Source: Octopus sinensis (lineage: Eukaryota). Taken from it: a stretch of 9,956 nucleotides of DNA. Where the stretch lies: contig NW_021827785.1 of the NCBI RefSeq assembly GCF_006345805.1, positions 1 through 9,956 on the forward strand, in the 5' to 3' direction. How positions within the stretch are numbered: the first letter of the stretch is position 1; the number at the start of each line of letters is the position of its first letter. A program made the translations under genes and the position numbers. The notes beneath the pieces are model-generated. The model was not told the origin of the DNA. It did no database searches and was given only the letters and a program-made list of their open reading frames with translations. This document shows, one piece after another, positions 1 to 8,004 of the stretch.

Positions 1-2339
1 AAGGTGACAACATGAAAAGCGAAATTGAAGAGATATGATGCTAGATGCGAATGTCTCGAACAAAATAGGCTGTTCCAAACAAAGAGAGGAAGGCAACGGA
101 AAGTAAAGAATTTTTGGAGAAGGCTGTGAAACAGGCCAGCAAAAAACATAAAGAAAGCGCGGAGTGGCTAACAAAGATGGAAAGACAACTTGCAACTGTA
201 CCAAGACAAGAGGACGTCAGAATTAAATCTATATATAGTGAGAAAGAAGTTTTTAAAAATAGCAAATTGGAAAGGACCAGACCCGGATGGAGAACAAGGC
301 TATTGGCTGAAGAACTTTACACAGTTACATGAAAGAGGCGTTGCGCAACTGGATGACTGCCTGCAGCAAGGTCACTTTTCTGCTTGGATGACAAGTGGAC
401 GGACGCTGCTGTGCCTTAAGGAAATTTAGCTTCAAATTTTCGACCTATAACCTGTTTACCACTAAATGGGAAGCTTATGATCGGTATCTCGGCGGCAGAG
501 TTATACAACAATCTACTTCCTGAAGACAGAAAGGATGCAGGAAGCAAAGTAGGGCAACAAAAGATCCCTTATTAGTTGATGAAATGATAATTAGAAATTA
601 TAGATGCAGACTGACGGAACTGAATGTAGCAGAGATAGATTGCAAAAAAAAAGCATATGACACGATACCACACAGTTGGATAAGAAAAACAATGAGCATA
701 TTTAGAATAGTAAAACAAAATGGAGAAAACGCTCTATGAAAGTATGAAATATTGGAATACTGAATTGATCCGAGGAAAACAAAAATTCGGAAAAAATAAA
801 CATCAGACCTGGAATATTCCAAGGTATAGCTTATCGCCATTACTATTTCTATTGGCTATGACACCGCTCACTATTACACTACAAAAAGTTAAAATTACTT
901 ACAATTTGGGAAAAGGAAACGGTCAGATAAATCATCTCCTTTTCATGTATGGTATAAAGGTTTATGCGAAAAATGAAACTCAGCTTCAAAGTCCTGTACA
1001 TACTATCAGCATTTTCTCAAATAACGTAGATATGGAATTTGGGATAGAAAAGTGTACTGTATTGAAAAGTGTAACGCAGAAGATTTGAAAGAAGCCAGGG
1101 AACTGAAATGGCAGATAGTCAAACAATGAGGACGCTTGAGAAAGGACAATGGTATAAGTACTTGGGAATAGTGGAAGCAGATGAGATAATAATGAAAAAA
1201 TGAAGAAATGAAACAAATTACCAGCAGGAAGTACATAAGAAGAGTAAGAAAATTATAGCAGTCAAAACTGGATTCCAATAATCTTACTGAAGCAATAAAT
1301 TCAGAGCAATCCCTTAATCAGATATGGAGCTGGAATTATAGACTGGACCAGAAATGATATAAAGAAACTTGACAGAAAAACTAGGAAGCTATTGACGATA
1401 TATGGAGCTTACCATCCGAAAGCTGATACCAATCGGCTGTACTTGAGGAGAGACCAAGAAGGAACCGGCTTAATAGCAGCAGAAGAATGTATACAGATGG
1501 AAAGGAAGAAAAACTACCAAAGACAGTAAAGAAATAACATAATCAAGCTCGAATAAGAGAAAAGAACAAGAATGAAATACAAAAGAGAGTACGTCAGACA
1601 GATCGAAAAAAAAAACTTCTGCATGGCTAATTCTGGAGATCCACTGAAGAGGTATGTGAAATAAAATCCTAGGCTTCGTTAATGAATTAGCAATTAAAAA
1701 AGAAAGAGAGCCTAATTGTAGCAGCCAAAGATCAAGCGATAAAAACAAATAACTTGAGAAAAAGTATATGGAGAGAATGTGTCAGGAAAATATAGAGCCT
1801 GTGGAACTTGGAATGAGACAGTGGCAAACATTGTGACAGAATGTTCCAAGTTGGCACAGGAAGATTATAAGAAATGGAGGCACGACCAGGCTGTAAAAGT
1901 TTTACACTGGAAACTGTTCCAGAAACGAGGGTTTGAAGCTGGAATCACACGGTACAAGCATCGAGTCGAAAGAGTAGTGGACTCGGAGAAATGTAAAATT
2001 TTATGAAACTTTCCTATCGAAACGGACAAGGAATTAGAAAATAATAGTCATCACGATTATAGATAAGGAAAAGCGAAGTTACTTACTTATCGACCCATTA
2101 TGTCCGTTTGATTCCAGGGTCGTAAAGAAAGAGGAAGAAAAACAAAAGAATACAATCCCTTAAAATTTGAAATAGGAAGAATTTGGAGCATGCGAACAGT
2201 AAAGGTCGTGCCTATAATAATTGGTGTGTTGAGAACAGTAAACCAAGATATAGACAAATGGCCGAAGGAGATTGAGTGCTCCTACAGAAAGTTTGTTTCT
2301 TAGGGAGCAAGGATTATCAGCGGAGTTCTAAGCACTTGA
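1..2339 (+). mobile_element. Decayed R4/Dong-like (RLE-type) non-LTR retrotransposon ORF, running off the left window edge: RT, CCHC zinc finger, restriction-like endonuclease
   Basis: Stitching frames gives IANWKGPDPDGEQGYWLKNF (pre-RT), SNFRPITCLPL, KKAYDTIPHSWI, SLSPLLFLLAM, INHLLFMYGIKVY (942-953; FMDD decayed to FMYG), EFGIEKC, YKYLGI, RKVRKI-like, RYGAGIIDW and HPKADTNRLY. These are followed by KYRACGTWNETVANIVTECSKLAQEDYKKWRHD (CCHC with C>Y and H>N), LIDPLCPFDS, KEEEK, LKFEIGRIW and VKVVPIIIG, with a stop at 2337-2339. Many frameshifts and stops. Confidence 0.9.
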
Positions 2340-2436
2340 AAGACTACTGAAAACCTGTGGATACCTGAGGTTACAGGTAGTAATCCGCTATCCACATAAT
2401 TCCAACCAGGAATAAGACTGAACCTGAGCCAAACCA
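2340..2436 (+). other. 3' UTR of the R4/Dong-like element, containing nested inverted repeats
   Basis: Follows the ORF stop. TGTGGATA (2356-2363) pairs with TATCCACA (2389-2396), enclosing TACCTG (2362-2367)/CAGGTA (2374-2379). No simple-repeat tail; the Helitron-type unit begins instead. Confidence 0.6.
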
Positions 2437-2796
2437 CCTTACTATAATGAGCGTTATGTCCATCTGTCTATCCTGTTGTCCATCTGTCTGTCTGTTTCTT
2501 CTTCATGGTCAAACGGCTGGACCAATGGTCACGATGTTTTGGGGGATTACGGAGGTAATCAGGAAGGTTTTTAGCGAAAAAACCCTGAAAAGCTATGGTT
2601 ATGTAGTGGATATTGAGGTTTGTATTAATAAATTACCTTTGAGTTTTTTTTATGTTTTGTTAAAATTCCGGCGACGAGGATTAATCCTGGATTCCTCCAT
2701 CCCACCCCACCACACCCTGTATACTTCGTGAATTCAGAGGATTTAGATCTCCGATACTCTCCTTTTATTTCCCATCATAGATGGGCAAATTTGCTA
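2437..2796 (+). mobile_element. Non-autonomous Helitron-like unit 1 (about 360 bp)
   Basis: Starts A|CCTTACTATAA (TC start decayed to CC) and carries a CTGT/CTGTC microsatellite and AAACGGCTGGACCAAT, the usual 5' architecture of small animal Helitrons. Ends with hairpin CCCATC-ATA-GATGGG (2771-2785), 8 nt, then CTA (2794-2796). Confidence 0.6.
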
Positions 2797-3100
2797 TCTT
2801 ACTATAACAGGCGTTATGTCCGCCTGCCTGTCCGTCTCTTTGTCTGTTCCCTCTTCACGGTCAGACGACAGGACCAATGGTTACGACATTTTTCGGGATT
2901 ACAAAGACGGTCGTTAGGAAGGTTTTTAGCATTAAAAAAAAATCAGAAAGTATGATTATTTCGTGGATATCGATTTTTGAATTCATAAACCACCTTCGCG
3001 TTTTTATTAAAAATTCATCGACCACGAGTAACTCTGGATTTTTATCGTATTGCTCGTGGCCCCGTCGTAGATCCGAAGGGCGTAGCGAAGACGGTTAATA
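2797..3100 (+). mobile_element. Helitron-like unit 2 (diverged relative of unit 1)
   Basis: Starts A|TCTTACTATAACAGGCGTTATGTCC. Alignable by eye to unit 1 over about 240 bp (shared GCGTTATGTCC, GGACCAATGGT, GGGATTAC, AGGAAGGTTTTTAGC, GTGGATAT, AAAATTC, CTGGATT). GC-rich segment with CCGTC (3062-3066)/GACGG (3090-3094). Right boundary uncertain. Confidence 0.6.
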
Positions 3101-3321
3101 GCGAAAATAAAATGGAAAAAATGTGTGTCAGTATATAGAGTATGTGATTATTTAGTGGTTATTGAAGTGTGTCAGTCTCGAGTAAGATTCGAGACGGCTA
3201 ATCGAAGCGGCTGTTGTTTACGTCTCAGTTTTGTCAATCAAAATAAGCCATGGTACCAGAACATCTAGACATTATTCGCATAGAATAGTGAGAGGTTTTT
3301 TGCAACCCTAAAGATTCCACT

Positions 3322-3500
3322 CGCGCATTCACAGCAAACAAGACACAGGGCCAAACTTTAGATCGTGTAGGTGTATTTTTACCCACTCCGATGTTTACAC
3401 ACGGCCAGTTATACGTCACTATGAGTAGAGCAAAGGACACCAGTACTTCGAAAACTAGTGTCGACAAAACAGAAAATATCGTCTACAAAGAAGGTTGTAA
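3322..3500 (+). pseudogene. Helitron RepHel PIF1-like helicase C-terminal remnant
   Basis: Frame +1, not in the ORF track: RAFTANKTQGQTLDRVGVFLPTPMFTHGQLYVTMSRAKDTSTSKTSVDKTENIVYKE. This matches the Helitron helicase tail (AFAMTINKSQGQTL..VG..L..PVFSHGQLYVA.SR...T.NIVYKEV). A 1-nt shift then reaches TAA at 3498-3500. Confidence 0.9.
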
Positions 3501-3691
3501 TCATATTATCGAAAGGAATATGATTCATAATATAAATAAGGAAATTTCTGAACTTTGAATGTATACGAATATGAACAAGCGTAAAATAGTGTAAACAACT
3601 AAAACAAAAATATTTCTAAACAACATTTTATTCTTAATAAAACATATCGAATATCAGGATTTTGTGCTTACAGAATGTAACGATAAGAGAT

Positions 3692-4074
3692 TGATTTAAG
3701 TTAAGTTAATTTTTTGGCTCAAAAAGCAAAAAGCAAGACCATGTAGGGGGACATGGAGTTATGTACAGGGTGGTGTTCATGTAAAGAGTTCAGGCCACTT
3801 GTGGTCAAGGGAGACTTTGAACCGGCGGTCGTCGGTATCTCACCATCTCGTCCGGCAGCTTATTCCACGGATCCGCAACCGGACGGAGAAAGCCCCTCCT
3901 CTTCTAGATTGAGATGAAATCGTCGCAGATAGAGCTTTTCGGAGTGACCCCTCAGCCGACGCTCTGGAGCAGGAGTGAAGAACACCTCTTTCGAGAGGTT
4001 ATACTTTCCGCTTATGATGTTGTGAGCAAGTATGAGATCACCACGGTGTCGTCGTTTTTCGAGAGAATGACATG
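3692..4074 (-). mobile_element. 5'-truncated CR1-clade LINE: ORF2 C-terminus, 3' UTR and tail
   Basis: Minus strand reads HSLEKRRHRGDLILAHNIISGKYNLSKEVFFTPAPERRLRGHSEKLYLRRFHLN / VADPWNKLPDEMV / FKVSLDHKWPELFT* (stop 3777-3779). These are the CR1-type SLE.RR.RGDLI, RGH..KL and WN.LP motifs. 3' UTR hairpin CCATGT/ACATGG (3739-3756); TTAAC-repeat tail at about 3695-3709. Confidence 0.85.
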
Positions 4075-4165
4075 TGTTTTATATACAAACCGAAATTTAG
4101 TTATACACCTTAAATTGGTAACGAAATGTATTTAAATGCATTAAAATATCTCTGCAGTTTTTTTT

Positions 4166-5535
4166 CTAGTTTGGAGCTTTGGTATTTTGATTTTCGTGAT
4201 TTGCTTTTCGCTTTTTACTTGCTGGTGGCTGCTCAATATATCGAGTGAAGTTGGTAGCATTTACTTTACTTTCTAGTACTTTGAAAGTCGATAGGTATTT
4301 TTGCCACAAACTTCTGCAACAGTGCAAAGACCTGTGCGGCGTTCCGTAAGATGTCTTCCCTTTCTGTCCTCTCGAATTAGGTTTTTTGCAGAACTTTATT
4401 TTCCAACACTGAAATGCTGTTGGTCGTGTTTTCTATCGCATTGTTCTTTGCGAACAAGCTGAGCTATTCTAATAAGTCGAGAAATCATACTGTCCCGAAC
4501 AGCAGTCATAATATCAATTCTTCTGCATATAGATTGATCATTTCCAAAACCGTCCTGATCTTTGGCAGTTGGGCTGTGTTGTAGTTCAACTGGAAGTGTA
4601 GCTTGGCTGTTGTATAAAATTTGAAACGGGGTAAAATGTATTGAAGAATGTTTGACTGTTCGATATCCAAACAGAACTGCTGGTGAGCATTCAACCCAGT
4701 TGTCACGTTCCTCAAAGTATTTGATAAAACTATCTTTAATAGTGCGATTCTGTCGCTCCACGAGACCATTTGCTTGAGGGTGACACACACTTCTTATGTG
4801 CTGCTGTGTTCCTGTCAGTTTATGTAGTTCTGCAGACCCTTTACTTATGAATTCTCTTCCTTGGTCATTTATCTGAATTTTTATGCAGCCATGCAAACAA
4901 ATAACATTCTGAAGAGATACTTTTCCGCACTTTCCGCAGGGTGTTTTTTCAAAGGTCGAGCCTCAGACCATTTGTAATCTATTGTAACAACAATGCAACA
5001 ATAACCATCATATGCTTTCGGTAAATTGGCGATATCGACACCAATTTGAGCCATCACTTCATTTGGCACAGGAGCAGGATGAAGCTCCCCATCATTAATT
5101 TTCTGAACAGAATTCATTTTTTGACACCGATCACACGACAAAACGAACTCTTTCGTGTCTTTGTCCACATTTTCCCAATAAAACCTCTCTAAAATTTTAG
5201 CACTGGTTCTATCGACACCAAAATTACTTCCCAACCAGCCGGCAGCATCACATCTCTACAGAGCCCATGTGAACACTTGAAATAATACTCTTCTCTTCAT
5301 CCGGATTTCGAATGAGAAGGCTTCTTGGTATTCATTTTCGGAATTTCTTACTCTTTCTGTCTCTACTCTGTGACGAAAGTAGAGTTGATCACTCAGAGCA
5401 ACATACTGCTTAGAGAGCCTACGTAGATATGCTTTTGCGATTTTTGGATATATGAGGTCCATATTTGTTGTTAACAACATAATCAAATTTCAAATCAATG
5501 TTGTCAGCTTTGTCTTGTGTATTAAAAGTAGCCAT
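4166..5535 (-). pseudogene. Frameshifted Gypsy-type DDE integrase/transposase (Ginger1/GIN-like)
   Basis: ATG at 5535: MATFNTQDKADNIDLKFDYVVNNKY / AYLRRLSKQY..DQLYF / SSVH..GWLGSNFGVDRT.AKILERFYW..D.KEFVLSCDRCQ (H2C2 domain with the second His changed to Asn). Core: QIGVD, INDQGREF, HPQANGLVERQNRT, with exact D-x35-E spacing. Then LFGYRT.KHSS..FTPFQILY, FSVG.KVL, a GPY/F-like RRTGLCTVAEVCGKNTYRL and VNATNFTRY. About six frameshifts. Confidence 0.85.
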
Positions 5536-5771
5536 TCGGGAAATGTTTCATTCAAATTTCTTCAGCTTTAAATAACTAAGAGAAAACACCAACTAAATGA
5601 AAGCTCTGACTTTCTCTTTCATTTACAAATTTACATTACCCATACACACACGTAATAAACATCAACACATGCATTTAGGGAGTTCACCCATTATCTCTTT
5701 TTGCTATCACGGTGACGAACATTTGGGGAAAGATTTTAGGTGGGGATAATCTTAAATGGTAGAGAAATAAA

Positions 5772-5821
5772 TTGAAATCGATTTCAAATTACCCCCTGGG
5801 GTAATCTGAAAGCGATTTCAA
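5772..5821. repeat. 50-bp imperfect palindrome with self-palindromic arms, in a cluster of GTAATCTGAA repeats
   Basis: Arms 5772-5795 and 5798-5821 pair at 22 of 24 positions around a 2-nt spacer. 5772-5787 (TTGAAATCGATTTCAA) is itself a perfect 16-bp palindrome. GTAATCTGAA occurs at 5801, 5839 and 5855. Confidence 0.9.
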
Positions 5822-5885
5822 GTTAGCGGAGTGGGGGAGTAATCTGAATGAGAGGTAATCTGAAATCGCTATATCGGCGTAGGCA

Positions 5886-6686
5886 GCAGTGAAGGCTTTC
5901 GACCCTTGTAACGTTTGTCACTTGAGGGCAGATAGCTCGCAAATGAGTAGTTTCTCCACAAACAAAACAATCCGGCCTTCTGCCCTCAGTCAATATGTGC
6001 AATACGGATGTGGTCCGAGATTCTTTTGAAGTTTTGGGGTTTGATCTGGTGAAATATCTCCAGATCCACCCCGGACCAGTCCTCCCGGGCAGTTTTTGAC
6101 ATAATTTTTCGGGTCAGTATCTGGCCCTTTCACACATCACAGAAGCCACCACATGTCAAGTCCTGGTGGAATCCTGAGAATGCGGATACGTGCTATTGTT
6201 TTTCCCATATGAGATGGATACATAATGACCTTGCTGGTTTTGTAACGCGCCACTGAGTGCTTCATAGCGAGGGTTTCTGACTTAAAAATCACTGAAATGG
6301 TTCCGTATTGTCTGCCACTCGCTATGTATTTGGTTCCATCCCTAATGCATCTCAATGCAGCTTCAATATCTGCTTGTGCTACTAATGCTGATTTCTTTGT
6401 TTCTACTGAAATGCATCTGAAAGGAATCGTTTTTTTTTTTTCTCTACTGCTTCAATCGGGTCTTTTGGTATGGTTAAGTCGGTCCCGCTTTGTTTAATGT
6501 TGATGACCTTCCCGGCATCTGCCAAATTTTCGTTTTTGTTTTGTGTGGTCTATGTTGTAACGTGGCCTTGTTTTGGCTGCTGTTGATATTGTAAAATCAT
6601 GACGCACTAGCAATAAAACCATAACGACAACGGAGTTCGTGATGAGTTTATTGCTACTATCGCAAGTTAGTGTTTGTTGTGATGGT
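5886..6686 (-). mobile_element. 5' end and gag-like ORF1 of an L1/Tx1-like LINE, truncated after the zinc knuckle
   Basis: Minus strand: a leader of about 90 nt, then a frameshifted ORF: DFTISTAAKTRPRYNIDH / NENLADAGKVINIKQSG / TIPFRCISVETKKSALVAQADIEAALRCIRDG..IARIRILRIPPGLDMWWL / QILTRKIMSKTAREDWSGVDLEIF / LTEGRRPDCFVCGETTHLRAICP. The last part is a perfect CX2CX4HX4C knuckle (5928-5969) preceded by EGRRP, as in Tx1-type ORF1. Clade assignment is inferred. Confidence 0.7.
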
Positions 6687-6734
6687 AACAACAACAACAA
6701 CAACAACAACAATAATAATAACAATAATAATAAC

Positions 6735-6798
<64 letters not shown>

Positions 6799-6835
6799 TA
6801 ATAATAATAACAATAATAATAATAACAATAATAAT
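6687..6835. repeat. Compound (AAC)n(AAT)n microsatellite
   Basis: Read directly. AAC run, then AAT run, with AAC interruptions at a 15-bp period (C at 6796, 6811, 6826). Confidence 0.98.
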
Positions 6836-7520
6836 GGTTTCATTTATTTGCCACAAGTGCGAAAGATGAGGGGGCCAATATAGAGACAGGCTTAAAGTGT
6901 CGGCGGATTACCTATAATAATGAAATGATAAAAAGAAGTATTCACGGTGTACACTGGAAAAGAAGAGACGTGTATAGGATACAAAGACACAAAAAAAGTG
7001 GGAGCAGGAGGAAGATAGAGATGTGGCCTTCCTGATATAGGAACGTCTCTAAGGATAATCGAGGAACCCCACTGTCCGTGATTTCTCTGAAACCCTATGA
7101 GCAAGTTCCTCTCCAATTCCTTCTCTCCGACTGACAGGTCTACACTTAGAGACGTAACATCCACTCTTGCCATTTTCGCAACTTTCACTCACTTTTCAAT
7201 AAACTCACTCGAGGACAACATTTCTCTCTTCGCTCTCAGTTTCCTTTTCAAGTGAAACTTTAAAAAGTCAATGAGAACTCTGCCAAAGAGGAATGTATTT
7301 ATCCTCATGCCTTTCAGCCTTGTCCACCAAACAGTCTCTTTCGTCACAGCCACCAGGCAAAGGAAAACTGCCTGGCCTGCCCGATTGAAGGAGGGCGGTG
7401 GTGCGATCATCACTCACTACAGACTTGGTCGAGAGACGGATCCATCCCACGCGTGACTGCAGCAGTTCGACATAAACCCCACAATTCCGCAATGTCCGGA
7501 TACTGTGCGAGGGCGTGCAG
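6836..7520 (-). mobile_element. 5'-truncated L1/Tx1-like LINE 3' end: ORF2 C-terminus and 3' UTR
   Basis: Minus strand: LHALAQYPDIAELWG / YVELLQSRVGWIRLS / MIAPPPSFNRAGQAVFLCLVAVTKETVWWTRLKG..FLKFHLKRKLRAKREMLSSSEFIEK*VKVAKM. This resembles the post-zinc-finger tail of Tx1/L1 ORF2 (H.L..C..W, AKE..W..R, F..RW). Pyrimidine-rich 3' UTR ending GCACTTGTGGCAAATAAA (6860-6843), then an ATT/GTT tail. Confidence 0.7.
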
Positions 7521-7526
7521 TATATA

Positions 7527-7566
<40 letters not shown>

Positions 7567-7698
7567 TAATAATATAATAATAATAATAATAAATAATAAT
7601 AATAATAATAATAATAAATAATAATAATAATAATAATAATAATGATGATGATGATGATGATGATGTGATGATGATGATGATGATGATGATAAATAATA

Positions 7699-7770
<72 letters not shown>

Positions 7771-7780
7771 AATAATAATA
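7521..7780. repeat. Compound (AAT)n/(GAT)n microsatellite
   Basis: Read directly. AAT blocks alternate with two GAT blocks (about 7644-7690 and 7741-7770). Confidence 0.98.
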
Positions 7781-7785
7781 TACTA

Positions 7786-8004
7786 TCCCTGCAAGAAGTG
7801 CAAAAGATTGTCTTAACTGGTACATCACACGTATTGAGAAGAGCATTGTCGATGTGAGAACTATTAACGAACTAGTGAGTTTAGTTTAATGGCCTACCAA
7901 TGTATACTATGAGTTTCTTTGCCCTAGGAGTCAGGAAGACACTCGGCAAGAAATGGAAGCCAAATTTGAAAGAAGAAGAAAAACCCATAAATAATAATAA
8001 TAAT
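7786..8004 (+). mobile_element. Extremely 5'-truncated R4/Dong-like copy: last 23 codons, 3' UTR and (AAT)n tail
   Basis: SLQEVQKIVLTGTSHVLRRALSM* (7786-7857) matches the terminal QK..L.GT..ILR motif of RLE-type ORFs. It is followed by about 130 nt of UTR and an (AAT)n run at about 7987-8004. Confidence 0.75.

Noticed and set aside
380-1150. RT as part of a retron, DGR, group II intron or CRISPR-RT system
   Set aside because: The motifs and the downstream CCHC plus restriction-like nuclease are those of eukaryotic non-LTR elements. There is no operon structure or spacer array.
2447-3098. ORFs 2447..2731, 2728..2955 and 2877..3098, similar to one another
   Set aside because: Their similarity reflects the duplicated non-coding Helitron 5' region. 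No protein motifs.
3640-3690. Possible left TIR of the Ginger element (ATATCGAATATCAGGATT, or TGTAACG at 3676)
   Set aside because: Only weak similarity to the 5885 end, and no matching CGTTACA near the other end. No TSD could be established.
3234-4135. ORFs 3234..3467 (-) and 3914..4135 (+)
   Set aside because: They are antisense shadows of the Helitron helicase and CR1 ORF2 remnants.
4166-5535. Functional host GIN1/GIN2 gene or Gypsy LTR pol
   Set aside because: About six frameshifts and a lost zinc-binding His argue against function. No RT, RNase H or LTR is adjacent.
6494-6869. ORFs 6494..6856 (-) and 6639..6869 (+) with poly-I/L or poly-N tracts
   Set aside because: They are translations of the (AAC)n(AAT)n microsatellite, not proteins.
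7268-7846. 192-aa ORF with poly-H/Y/I/S/L, the longest in the track
   Set aside because: It reads through the AAT/GAT microsatellite into out-of-frame LINE sequence.
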